Shown here piece by piece: positions 36,956 through 50,149 of a DNA stretch of 64,000 bases (position 1 is the stretch's first letter; every line of letters begins with the position of its first letter). The position numbers were made by a program, and so were the translations under genes. The notes under the pieces are model-generated. The model did not search any database. It worked only from the letters and a program-made list of their open reading frames with translations, and had not been told where the DNA came from. This DNA is from Diadema antillarum (lineage: Eukaryota), in assembly GCF_040938485.1 (NCBI RefSeq), contig NW_027271622.1:930001-994000 (forward strand), written 5' to 3'.

Positions 36956-38125
36956 CTAGATGTTAATCGTCTTTTGCTGCTCATGAGTTGTTTCAATGTC
37001 GAAAAGACTTTTCTGAGAGGCGCGAGCACCTATAAAAATGTTTCTGATGGCTTCACGAAATTGCGGATATCGGATGGTATAGATGATCGGGTTGGCGCAC
37101 GAGTTGATGAAGGCCAAAATGACCAACACTCGGTAAACGGTCCCAAAGGCTAGCGAGTGGGAGACGAGGTTAAGGTGAAGTGCGAGGAACATTGTCTGAT
37201 CAGGACCCCAGCAGATGATGAAGACTGTCACGACCATGATGAGCATTTGAAGGATCCTCTTCCTCGCGACGACGTGACTCAGAGTGGGCTTCGAACGGTT
37301 CGTGTTCGTTTTACTTTCAGAAAACTTTGTCGTCTGTTTCTGGAGAACGATAACCATTTTGATTTGGGCTAGGATCATAATGACAGCCGGAGCTACAAAT
37401 TCGATTGTAAAGATGAAGATGCCTACGGCCTTGTGAGCAAGAGCTGTGGAAAATCCAACCATGCACGTATTGCTGGAAGAATATCCCACAACGAACTGAT
37501 AGCCGTTGGCGGCCAAGGCTGCAACCCAGATCAAGATAATGTAGATTCTGGTGCGGGTTGCGCTGAAAGTCCTCCTGAAGTAGAGCGGATAAGCGATGGC
37601 GATATATCGCTCTATCGATATGGCTGCCAATATGAATATCGAAGCAACCACAGATACCCACATCAGAAGCGAAGTGTGGACTACTTTGCAGTAGAGACCT
37701 GCGAGCATGGAGTTGCTTGGTAGTGATTTGATGATGGGGATCGGTAGTAGAAACACAGACGTGGCAAAATCAGCGATAGCTAGTGCGCCGATCAACGTGT
37801 CTGTGGAGCGTCGAACACGATTCCGATGGAATAGGACGACCATCACCAGCAGGTTACCGACGATTCCTAGCAGGGCAAAGATGAGTTGGAGGATCACCCA
37901 CCAGGTCCACTGAAACGGGATCCAAGACCACTCAGCAGGTGCATTCTTGGGTCCGGCCACTTCAAGAATTTCGGAGAAGAACTCTGTCCTGTTGGAGACT
38001 TCATCGCCATATTGGGACAAAGACCACTCAGTTCCCACAACAGTGTCTCCGTAGCCTTCGGAAAAAGAATTCTTGATCCGGTATTCGTCTACTTCACAAC
38101 CAGATGGGAGTGTTGAGGGACTCAT
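36956..38125 (-). CDS. Class A GPCR 'B', galanin/allatostatin-A receptor-like, 389 aa
   Basis: 7TM with GNLLV, LAIADF, YCK, SIERY, CWGP and NSCANPIIY. The ORF track start at 38137 is a TTG; the first ATG is at 38125. Confidence 0.93.
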   Translation of the reverse strand: MSPSTLPSGCEVDEYRIKNSFSEGYGDTVVGTEWSLSQYGDEVSNRTEFFSEILEVAGPKNAPAEWSWIPFQWTWWVILQLIFALLGIVGNLLVMVVLFHRNRVRRSTDTLIGALAIADFATSVFLLPIPIIKSLPSNSMLAGLYCKVVHTSLLMWVSVVASIFILAAISIERYIAIAYPLYFRRTFSATRTRIYIILIWVAALAANGYQFVVGYSSSNTCMVGFSTALAHKAVGIFIFTIEFVAPAVIMILAQIKMVIVLQKQTTKFSESKTNTNRSKPTLSHVVARKRILQMLIMVVTVFIICWGPDQTMFLALHLNLVSHSLAFGTVYRVLVILAFINSCANPIIYTIRYPQFREAIRNIFIGARASQKSLFDIETTHEQQKTINI

Positions 38126-39516
38126 GTCTAACAGCAATATCAGTGACTAAAACATTCAGTAATGATTGTAACTTTTGCAGAGCGTATGATATTTAGCGTT
38201 GAGATTGTACTTCCAGCATGACATGACATGTACAGACCTAAGTCTGTAACTCCGGAGTGCACCTAGAAGGCTTTCTAAATGGGAGTTTCACTTAACCGTC
38301 GTATTTATGGTATTGAGAGCTGTAGAATTTATCGGCTAATTCCACACATGGGAAGGACGCGCAACATTCACAAAAAGGGCGAACGTAAAAAAAAAAGCAT
38401 GCATTTTAGTACTGAAGGAGGTGTTTATTTCGCGTCGCATAATATGAAATGGAATACCATTGTGACCACCAATCACAACCACAGTAGCTGTGAAATAAAT
38501 CGATAAGTGCTTACTTCTGGTGTATTTCTCTCGAGTGGACCTTTTGTGAAGAAATTCTGCGTAAAGTCAACTCGGAAATGAAAACATATTACGTGTTTTT
38601 GAATGCTCATTATAATTCATGAATCGACTCTGTGCTGAATACGAAGCATTTCTGCTCATAGAGTAGATGGATGAATGGAAGGAATTATCAGGTTAAAATT
38701 CGATTGATAGACATCAATGAGGGTATAGGTATTAGAAGTAACCATATGAAGTACCTTTGGAATAGTCTTTGAAGGATTCAAACACACACACATACACACA
38801 CGCACACACACACACACACACACACGCGCATACCACCACCACCACCACCTTAACCACCAATATCTGAAATATCTGAAATATCGAATATAATCAATTTGAT
38901 AATGGCAAGAAAGATCTCTTCTTCCCCTCTATCTTTCGAAGTGTATTTTTCAAAACCATTATTCACAAATTCACAAAGATGAATAACACGCTACACGTGA
39001 TTGAGGAATAACGGGAAAAAAATAATGTGTGTACCTGTTCGTAGGTTTTCTCCTGTGTATTTTTAGACTTTAGGAAAAAAAAACCAACACTAACATTTGT
39101 TTCACTGTTTCCTTGAAAAGTGGAAATATGCATTTTGAATTTTAGTATATTTCATATTGTTGTTTGTGTGTGTATTCATTTCAAGGATAGAAGTGTTGTC
39201 TTTTTCTCTTTCCTCTTCTTTTCTCTTTCTTTACCTTATTTGTTTTTAAGCATTTTTTTACACTTTCTAAGGACAAAATTTAAACATATCTACAATATCT
39301 AATGATAACAAATTATCTGATTTCATGATGCAAAGTCATAGCCATTTTTTAACCCTTCCCTTGAACCTCAAACTCACTTACTTCAAGCAGTAGAAAGTCG
39401 ACATCTTCACATATTAACGTGCTTCTGATTTTGATTTGGAATGTGAGTCGACCCCCCCCCCCTTGTTTGTTAGCTATAGCTATTATTAGCTTACACAGAC
39501 ACACAGACACACACAG

Positions 39517-39567
<51 letters not shown>

Positions 39568-40336
39568 CTTGAATAGAATCAGTTTGAAGAAAGAGAGATA
39601 ACATGATTTTGATTTTAAGGTTAATTCTCCACATTCAAACAATTTAAAATAAATAGCAGAAATTCAATGGATTTTTTGTTCTTTTTCAATACAAGGTATA
39701 CGACTGCGTCGATATTACATCCAAGCATTCCTTTTGAAACGTTTTACACCATAAAGGCTTCGGAATTTTGTTGCAAATATGTGGTTTTGTGTTTGGGTGT
39801 TATCAAAAAATTGAAAAAGAAATATTTAGAAGTAGGCAATTTAAGCATTCAAGACGAAAGTTTTATTTACCATCTCGACACAAATAACAATATCGAATCT
39901 TTACTTTAAATCTAAAACCATTGAATGTCTTGAGTGTTGATTGGCATAGAAACTCTTATAGCGTTGCATACACTGTCCAAAGTCCCCAGCACAAGAAGAA
40001 CATAATGTTTCTGTTGTAAGGAAGTTTTTAAATGAAACTTCCTTATAGTTTTATTTAGTTCATACATCACATTATTTTCACCTAACTAAGACATACCACG
40101 ATGAATAAGTAAACTCTTGATTCCCAGACCTCGATTATGTGGTTTAGTATACAAATACAACTCTAATATACTTTTCAGAGGTAGTTATGCATAGGCAGAT
40201 TGGCAAGAATACCATTTTGCTGTCTCTGCAAAGATTATTTTTCTCACAGAAGTTGCACAAATTTGACACAGCACAAGGTATCACTCAGTGTTGTTGAATA
40301 TTATGTCACAAAGACTAATTTATCTACAATTCAGTA

Positions 40337-43300
40337 TAACCGGAGGGCCAAACCCCAAAAAGTCGCTTACTTAACGAGTGAGTTGCACTCTCTCTACAAA
40401 CTAAGTAGACCATGCTTATTTTCAAGTTTTTATTGTATCAAACAACATTCCACTGGTCTACCTCAAAAAATTTGTTGCGAAAGCCTCCAAATCCAAGATG
40501 GCGTCCAAGATGGCCGCCATATTTACTGAATTTGTTATTTGAAAGATAGAATTTGATTGAAAAATCAGATTTCAACAAATTTGATGTCATGTGAAAGAAA
40601 ATAAAATTTTCTACAAGTTGATACCATTTTTGTGGGTTATTGTGATAATTGGATTGAGATTTTAAGGAAAAAACACTCATTTTTTGATATGTTTCTGAAA
40701 AAAGGAAAATCATGAAAATGCTTGATTCAGCATAAATCAGAGAAAGACTGAAGGATTATCTTGAAACGTTTCAAGAATTTTGTTTGACATATAATTAATA
40801 TTTGAAGAAAATAAGGGGGCAGTACCATTTTCGGTTCAGGAGTTATAATGTCTCAAACTTGAAAACTCACTATGTAAAAATGGCCACTTGAGTTGTGACA
40901 AGACCTTGTTGGTCGTAAAAAAAGCCTGCGCGCGCCAAGACTACTACACGCACCACTGGCACTGGCGCTTGTAGCAGTGCCAGTGGTGCGTGTAGTAGTC
41001 TTGGCAAACGCAGACTTTTTCTTTGACAAACGCGGGTTTGTGCCTGCAAACTAACTTTTCATACCAAGTGGTAGATCAGGTGACGCTGATTGCTATTATT
41101 TCAAAGTAGATTGTTCTGAAGCAGATGAAATGAAGCAAAAAATATCTTTCAAATAGAGGTAGAAGCTTGAAACAACCTTGCTATAGAAAGTTTAAAACAA
41201 AATTTGGATCAATCACTCAAAAACTTCAAGATTGCAGGCCATCAAAGCTGACATAGTGTATTGCGCCAAAGTAAATATATCATTTCGATTTTGATACAAT
41301 TTTGTCTGTTTTGCTGTCTATTCATTATGGTTTTTATTATTCTCAACATTTTAATGCCATTTCAAACCATCTTAGGTTTTTATGGAGACATTTTTCAGAA
41401 TGCACCATGAATATTTCTCTAAAAAGTTTTAAAAAATAAAACTAAAAATGTTTATGAAAACCATGCAGAAATTAACATTTTTTCCATATAATCAATATTT
41501 GGAGAAAATCAGAGGTCAGTATTGTATTTGGTTCAGGAGTTATAATGTCTCAAACTTGAAATCCCATTTTACATAATATGTTATTTACACGCATCTGTTC
41601 CCAAAGACGTCACAGAGTGTCAAATCCAAGATCGTGCTTACTTTTCGAGTTCCACTCTCTCTATAAACAGGACCATACATAATATTAAGCATACTAAGCA
41701 ATGTTCCGTAAGTACACCTCAGTAGATTTGTTGCAAAGTACAGATGCGGTCCAACGGGGCCGCCATTTTATTGAAATTAACATTTCAAACATAAAATTTG
41801 ATAGAGACATTGGATTGCAACAAATTTGATGTCATATGAAGGAGAGTAAAACTTTCTAAAAGTTGATACCACTTTAGCTGTGTATTGTGATAAATTGGGG
41901 GGGGGGGGATTGTTTGCTTCTCTTTTTTTTGGGGGGGGGGGATCCATACTTTTATATTGTTTTGAAAAAAGGAAGACATGTAAAAATGCATGATTTAGTA
42001 TTTATCAAAGAAGAACTGAAGAATTATTTTGAAACCTGCGATTGAGATTGAGATTTACTGAGATTGAGACATAATTCATATTATTTTCTGGAATTACACG
42101 CAATATCATACACTGTTGACAAGTTAACATCTAAAACTTAAAAAAAATTATATATATGCATTATAAGTTTTGCTTACAACGTGTTTACATGGTCACACGT
42201 AATACTGTCATGGTCTAGTGACTTGCAAGTACCTGCAAACTAATTTTTCATGCCAAGTGGTAGGTGACGCTGGTCGCTATTACTGTAGCATTTCATCATA
42301 GTAGATTGTTCTGAGGCAGATAAAATTGAACAGAAAGTATTTTCCAAAAAGAGATAGGCGCTTACAATTTGGCACAAATTTTGCCAATGTGTAATATTTA
42401 GCGATAAAAATAGTATCCACACAAAATTCAAGATGGCGGTAATTAATCGAGGTTGTCGTTCAAGGCATTATTTACCATTAGTGCACGTAAAACAAAAACC
42501 CAGCTTTACTTAATTCCTCAAACTAGTTCTAAACTGTGAGTTAGGGATTAATGTACAAACTTAAATCAGTATGATTAATGCTAAATATTGTTAGATATAC
42601 TAAATAGATCTGATAAGAATTTTTTTTTTTATGTCAACAGTTATCATGGTTATGGTTTCTTGAAAAGAAAAAATTATAATGGTGATATCTCCGTATATTC
42701 TAGGCTTTATCATAATTTTTTTACATGGTAGAATGTTTTGTAATACAACTAACCTGCACATACAAATCGAATGTGATGTCTCTCCCAATGGTAAACAATA
42801 CCTTTAGTGTGTTGCGTCAAAGTTATCTCAACTTATAACTTATAATTTGATATGTTTGTTTGAATCTTCTTATATTGCCGTCTATTACATGTTTCTATAC
42901 ATCCGAACGATATTGTACTGGTGTAAACCATATTGAGGGTCTTTTTTTTTTTGGGGGGGGGGGGTGGAGCTCATTCCAGTGTTTGGGTAAGGCACAATCT
43001 TTAATAAAAAAGAAATGCTTCTGTATCAAAGATATGCTTTTTTACTTGTATGTTACTCTGCTGCTGTAGAAACGTAAATGATGATGGTATATGTGTAATA
43101 ATGTCTGATCCGTAGATGTCCTTGAAAGCCCTTCTGATCCGAACCCCCCCCCCAAAAAAAAAAAAAAAAAAAAAATCCAACATGGCGGCAATTTCTCAAC
43201 TTTGCTCTTAAATGTGTTGTGCGAAATTACTTTTCAGTATATTGTTCGAATAAAATTGTCCAAATTGATTATTCGTGCTGTAGGCCTATATTCACATTTA

Positions 43301-46300
43301 CAAATAAGCATGCTGAAACTGTATTTTCCGTTATCAGATTTCTCTTACATTGTTTTTAGGCTGATTTCATGTGGGTTATAGTGTCACAATTGATCTGAAC
43401 TTATGCCATTGGTAGATGCTTTCCTGTATTAGATATCAGGATCACTCGAGAGTGAAAATGTTCATTTTCATTCATTTTAGAGTGACCTCGGGGATCACTC
43501 GAAGAGTGACGAGTGATCCCTAAGGCAGGGCTCGACACTAACGGTGGTCCGGTGGCCCGGGCCACAAAAAACGCACGTCGGGCCACCAAAATGTCAGAAA
43601 TGAAGAATTTGGTGGCCTGATCGGGCCACCAAAAAAGGTCGGATATTTGCCTAGTGTGGAGCTCTGCCTAGGTCACTCTAAAATGAGTGAAAATGAACAT
43701 TTTCACTCTAAAGTCACTCCAAGTTCACTCTACATATACCGTTTTCTGTTTTTCACTCCTCACATCAAAAGTAAAAACTTCCACTCGCTTTGTTTTTTCT
43801 TTTTCGGAGAGTAGAATATCACTGGTTTAAAAAATGTGTCCATAAGAACTTAAGGCGGTTTAAGATAGCACAACAGACAAATTTGTATCAAAAACGAAAT
43901 AATACATTTAATTTGGCGCAATACACTATGTCAACTTTGATGGCTGTCATCTTGATTTTTTTTTTTTGAGCGGTTTTTGATCTAAATTCTGTCTTAAACT
44001 ATCTATAACAAGATTGGTGCCAAGTTTCAAGCTACTACCTCTATTTGAATTTTTTTTTTGCTTCATCTCATCTGCTTCAGAACAATCTACTTTGAAATAA
44101 TAGCGATCAGTATCACCTGAGCTACCACTTGGTATGAAAAGTTAGTTTGCAGGCACAAACCCGCGTTTGTCAAAGCAAAAGTCTGCATTTGTCAAGACTA
44201 CTACACGCACTACTGGCACTGCCAAAAGCGCCAGTGCCAGTGGTGCATGTAGTAGTATTGGCGCGCGCAGACTTTTTTACGACCAACAAGGTCTTGGTCA
44301 CAACTAAAGTGGCCATTTTTACGTAGTGAGTTTTCAAGTTTGAGACATTATAACTCCTGAACCAAAATTGGTACTGACCCCTAATTTTCTCCAAATATTA
44401 ATTATATGTCAAACAAAATTCTTGAAACGTTTCAAGATAATCCTTCAGTCTTTCTCTGATTTATGCTGAATCAAGCATTTTCATGATTTTCCTTTTTTCA
44501 GAAAAATATCAAAAAATGAGTGTTTTTTCCTTAAAATATCAATCCAATTATCACAATAACCCACAAAAATGGTATCAACTTGTAAAAAAATTTATTCTCT
44601 TTCATATGACATCACATTTGTTGAAATCTGATGTTTCTATCGAATTCTATCATTTAAATAACAAATTCAGTAAATATGGCGGCCATCTTGGACGCCATCT
44701 TGGATTTGGAGGCTTTCGCAACAAATTTTTTGAGGTAGACCAGTGGAATGTTGTTTGTTACATTAAAAACTTGAAAATAAGCATGGTCTACTTAGTTTGT
44801 AGAGAGAGTGCAACTCGACCTCTGTTTTTAGCTTTTGGCCCCCCGGTTAACCGGAGGGCCAAACCCCAAAAAGTCGCTTACTTAACGAGTGAGTTGCACT
44901 CCCATTTTACATAATATGTTATTTACACGCATCTGTTCCCAAAGACGTCACAGAGTGTCAAATCCAAGATCGTGCTTACTTTTCGAGTTCCACTCTCTCT
45001 ATAAACAGGACCATACATAATATTAAGCATACTAAGCAATGTTCCGTAAGTACACCTCAGTAGATTTGTTGCAAAGTACAGATGCGGTCCAACGGGGCCG
45101 CCATTTTATTGAAAAACAACATTTCAAACATAAAATTTGATAGAGACATTGGATTGCAACAAATTTGATGTCATATGAAGGAGAGTAAAACTTTCTAAAA
45201 GTTGGTACCACTTTAGCTGTGTATTGTGATAAATTGGGGGGGGGGGGATTGTTTGCTTCTCTTTTTTTTTTGGGGGGGGGATCCATACTTTTATATTGTT
45301 TTGAAAAAAGGAAGACATGTAAAAATGCATGATTTAGTATTTATCAAAGAAGAACTGAAGAATTATTTTGAAACCTGCGATTGAGATTGAGATTTACTGA
45401 GATTGAGACATAATTCATATTATTTTCTGGAATTACACGCAATATCATACACTGTTGACAAGTTAACATCTAAAACTTAAAAAAAAATTATATATATGCA
45501 TTATAAGTTTTTGCTTACAACGTGTTTACATGGTCACACGTAATACTGTCATGGTCTAGTGACTTGCAAGTACCTGCAAACTAATTTTTCATGCCAAGTG
45601 GTAGGTGACGCTGGTCGCTATTACTGTAGCATTTCATCATAGTAGATTGTTCTGAGGCAGATAAAATTGAACAGAAAGTATTTTCCAAAAAGAGATAGGC
45701 GCTTACAATTTGGCACAAATTTTGCCAATGTGTAATATTTAGCGATAAAAATAGTATCCACACAAAATTCAAGATGGCGGTAATTAATCGAGGTTGTCGT
45801 TCAAGGCATTATTTTACCATTAGTGCACGTAAAACAAAAAACCCAGCTTTACTTAATTCCTCAAACTAGTTCTAAACTGTGAGTTAGGGATTAATGTACA
45901 AACTTAAATCAGTATGATTAATGCTAAATATTGTTAGATATACTAAATAGATCTGATAAGAATTTTTTTTTTTATGTCAACAGTTATCATGGTTATGGTT
46001 TCTTGAAAAGAAAAAAATTATAATGGTGATATCTCCGTATATTCTAGGCTTTATCATAATTTTTTTACATGGTAGAATGTTTTGTAATACAACTAACCTG
46101 CACATACAAATCGAATGTGATGTCTCTCCCAATGGTAAACAATACCTTTAGTGTGTTGCGTCAAAGTTATCTCAACTTATAACTTATAATTTGATATGTT
46201 TGTTTGAATCTTCTTATATTGCCGTCTATTACATGTTTCTATACATCCGAACGATATTGTACTGGTGTAAACCATATTGAGGGTCTTTTTTTTTGGGGGG

Positions 46301-48193
46301 GGGGGGGTGGAGCTCATTCCAGTGTTTGGGTAAGGCACAATCTTTAATAAAAAAGAAATGCTTCTGTATCAAAGATATGCTTTTTTACTTGTATGTTACT
46401 CTGCTGCTGTAGAAACGTAAATGATGATGGTATATGTGTAATAATGTCTGATCCGTAGATGTCCTTGAAAGCCCTTCTGATCCGAACCCCCCCCCCCAAA
46501 AAAAAAAAAAAAAAAAAAAATCCAACATGGCGGCAATTTCTCAACTTTGCTCTTAAATGTGTTGTGCGAAATTACTTTTCAGTATATTGTTCGAATAAAA
46601 TTGTCCAAATTGATTATTCGTGCTGTAGGCCTATATTCACATTTACAAATAAGCATGCTGAAACTGTATTTTCCGTTATCAGATTTCTCTTACATTGTTT
46701 TTAGGCTGATTTCATGTGGGTTATAGTGTCACAATTGATCTGAACTTATGCCATTGGTAGATGCTTTCCTGTATTAGATATCAGGATCACTCGAGAGTGA
46801 AAATGTTCATTTTCATTCATTTTAGAGTGACCTCGGGGATCACTCGAAGAGTGACGAGTGATCCCTAAGGCAGGGCTCGACACTAACGGTGGTCCGGTGG
46901 CCCGGGCCACAAAAAACGCACGTCGGGCCACCAAAATGTCAGAAATGAAGAATTTGGTGGCCTGATCGGGCCACCAAAAAAGGTCGGATATTTGCCTAGT
47001 GTGGAGCTCTGCCTAGGTCACTCTAAAATGAGTGAAAATGAACATTTTCACTCTAAAGTCACTCCAAGTTCACTCTACATATACCGTTTTCTGTTTTTCA
47101 CTCCTCACATCAAAAGTAAAAACTTCCACTCGCTTTGTTTTTTCTTTTTCGGAGAGTAGAATATCACTGGTTTAAAAAATGTGTCCATAAGAACTTAAGG
47201 CGGTTTAAGATAGCACAACAGACAAATTTGTATCAAAAACGAAATAATACATTTAATTTGGCGCAATACACTATGTCAACTTTGATGGCTGTCATCTTGA
47301 TTTTTTTTTTTGAGCGGTTTTTGATCTAAATTCTGTCTTAAACTATCTATAACAAGATTGGTGCCAAGTTTCAAGCTACTACCTCTATTTGAATTTTTTT
47401 TTTGCTTCATCTCATCTGCTTCAGAACAATCTACTTTGAAATAATAGCGATCAGTATCACCTGAGCTACCACTTGGTATGAAAAGTTAGTTTGCAGGCAC
47501 AAACCCGCGTTTGTCAAAGCAAAAGTCTGCATTTGTCAAGACTACTACACGCACTACTGGCACTGCCAAAAGCGCCAGTGCCAGTGGTGCATGTAGTAGT
47601 ATTGGCGCGCGCAGACTTTTTTACGACCAACAAGGTCTTGGTCACAACTAAAGTGGCCATTTTTACGTAGTGAGTTTTCAAGTTTGAGACATTATAACTC
47701 CTGAACCAAAATTGGTACTGACCCCTAATTTTCTCCAAATATTAATTATATGTCAAACAAAATTCTTGAAACGTTTCAAGATAATCCTTCAGTCTTTCTC
47801 TGATTTATGCTGAATCAAGCATTTTCATGATTTTCCTTTTTTCAGAAAAATATCAAAAAATGAGTGTTTTTTCCTTAAAATATCAATCCAATTATCACAA
47901 TAACCCACAAAAATGGTATCAACTTGTAAAAAAATTTATTCTCTTTCATATGACATCACATTTGTTGAAATCTGATGTTTCTATCGAATTCTATCATTTA
48001 AATAACAAATTCAGTAAATATGGCGGCCATCTTGGACGCCATCTTGGATTTGGAGGCTTTCGCAACAAATTTTTTGAGGTAGACCAGTGGAATGTTGTTT
48101 GTTACATTAAAAACTTGAAAATAAGCATGGTCTACTTAGTTTGTAGAGAGAGTGCAACTCGACCTCTGTTTTTAGCTTTTGGCCCCCCGGTTA
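40337..48193. mobile_element. 7857-bp head-to-tail dimer of a non-autonomous Academ-like DNA transposon (units 40337-44849 and 44848-48193)
   Basis: Termini TAACCGG(A/G)GGGCCAAA inverted. The 3-bp TSD GTA is proven by the empty site TTCAGTA|CTTGTG at 56820/56821. Unit 1 has ~950-bp subterminal inverted repeats; unit 2 lacks 40390-41562. No transposase ORF. Confidence 0.88.
43526..43640. mobile_element. 5' fragment of the 11215 hAT-like MITE family nested in the dimer (second copy at 46871-46985)
   Basis: CAGGGCTCGACACTAACGGTGG...; enclosed by a 40-bp inverted repeat (43449-43488 / 43670-43709). Confidence 0.75.
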
Positions 48194-48526
48194 GTACTTG
48201 TGTGATTGACCACAGCATTTGTGCCTTCAAAAGGAAATGTTAAAAGATTAAACATGAAACCTTTTTTGTCTATTTGTACACAATGCGTAATTTTTACTTT
48301 TTACAATAAAGACATCTCATGTTTTTTTTTAAGACAGCTTTACATCAAAGCGTTTCAAAAGTCGCTACTTTTTTCACATATGGAGAAAACCCTTTGACAC
48401 AAGTTAATAGCTTGAAATGACTACAGCTGTAAAGGCAAATTACAAAAGCGCGCACGCACAGCAAACCTATATGCATAATAAGGACATGAGCAGTCCTTGT
48501 TTCTAGTAAAAGGACATGTGCAATAT

Positions 48527-49825
48527 TATACAGATATTGACTGGTACGGGGTGGAATATAACATTCTTTGGACCGCCAGGGAGTTATATTTTCCCAAGGG
48601 ATTATATTTTCCCGAAGCGCGCAGCGCTGAGGGAAAATATGATCACGAGGGAAAATATAACTCCCTGGCGGTCCAAAGATTGTTACATTCCACCCCCTAC
48701 CAGTCGATATCTGTTAGATTAGATGGCCTTGCCCTCCATTGTGCTTTGCAGAAGAGCCTACACTAACGACGTATAGCCTAATCGTTTATACGCTCATGTC
48801 AGCCCGACCAGACGCTGTATGCGCGCAGACTGTCGCGATTTGGTAGTTGTAAAGCGGCGACTGGACTGTGTAGTTGCTAGGCTCATGTCCTCTATAAACG
48901 ACAGGAGGCCCTAGGGTCTACTAACGTTAACGTTAGGCTCAAAGTAACGACGCTTTAGGGCCCTATGATATGATATAGTTAAATTAGGCTCAGGTCCAAA
49001 AGATGTTTTAGGGTCTACTCACAAAACAAATCTAACTTTAGGCCTTAAACGTTATGGCCTACTGGCCAATCTTTATCATTTGACATTTTGTTTCTACAGG
49101 TAAGCCCTAACGTTATCTATGTCTAGATTCTAACGTTAATTAGCTCTGAGTCACACATAGAACCTTCTAGACAACTAGGCTCTACATGTTTGTTAAATGT
49201 TATAGGGCCCACTAGATAGACTCTATTATAACTGTAATAGAGTAGGCCTAACGTTACCTTCTGTCATCAGGAATCTGCAGCAATTTCAAAATCAGTCTAT
49301 TTCCCCTCTGTTGCAGAGATGAACATTGTAGAAACACAGTGTAGAAACACAGTCTGCCCGGTGTCGTACAGTTTATAGTCCTCCACAACCGTGGTTTGTT
49401 CGGTGTAACGTTAGGCCTGGATCTAACGTAGGCCTACCCGGTAAGTCTAACTCGTCGTTAAGTTACGTCAATACAAAGATGCATGAATTGCCCTCGTTCT
49501 ACGAACTGAACTGAACAAAATGTCTCTAGACTATTAACTCGCTTGGTTTGGGCCATGTTTTCCTTATCCTCCAAAATCCTCGTCGTCGTTTATTACAGAC
49601 AAAACGGGGCTCCATTTTGAAGTGTGAATCCAAACTTCGCGGGCCGAATGATACGTGCATACGTAAACGGTACATTGGGTAGCCTACTATGTAGCATGTA
49701 TTTATACACTGTACGTAACGTTTAGCTTCCCGAATTCCATCCACACGTACGTATACCAGGCAGGCCTAGTGATAGCGCATGACGCTACTCCGCGCCGCGC
49801 CGTCTAGTCTACTCTCTCACGCATC

Positions 49826-49856
<31 letters not shown>

Positions 49857-50149
49857 GTGGTGGGGGAGGGGGGGGGGGGTGAGTGGGAGAAGATTATATC
49901 GATCCAGACTGCAGTTATCGATAATAATCGTTTGCTCCTCCTAGTTACCGACGTGGTCCCACATCCTTATATTGGTGTAATTGTTTGTTTTTCAACCGTA
50001 AGAGGGCGACACACATGGAAAAAATATATTCAGTTGACCAGTTGGTCAATATAACGAGCTGGGAAAATATAACAGTTGCGATCCTCGCAAACAGCATCAC
50101 GTGATGAGCTCTCGACCAATCACGTACCAGACACTGTCTAAGCCATCTA
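48527..50149. mobile_element. 1.62-kb insertion specific to duplication copy 1
   Basis: Absent at the paralogous site GTGCAATAC|AATGCATT (57150). Flanked by ATAT (or AATAT) direct repeats; inner ends TAGATGGC (48720) ... GCCATCTA (50149). Confidence 0.75.
48530..48714. mobile_element. 185-bp near-perfect hairpin MITE
   Basis: ACAGATATTGACTGGTACGGGGTGGAAT...GGGAGTTATATTTTCCC is inverted as GGGAAAATATAACTCCC...ATTCCACCCCCTACCAGTCGATATCTGT. Confidence 0.82.

Noticed and set aside
37895-37935. Caveolin-binding motif reading of WSWIPFQWTWW
   Set aside because: It fits the aromatic spacing but lies on the extracellular side before TM1, so caveolin could not reach it.
44840-44860. Tyrosine-recombinase (Crypton-like) or piggyBac TTAA mechanism for the dimer
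   Set aside because: The empty site has no TTAA and the insertion created a true 3-bp GTA duplication while keeping both terminal TAs; this fits a DDE-type TSD rather than conservative recombination.
40200-48243. Transposase or other protein coding in the dimer (ORFs of 60-143 aa)
   Set aside because: ORFs are short, occur in both arms as mirror images, and show no catalytic motif.
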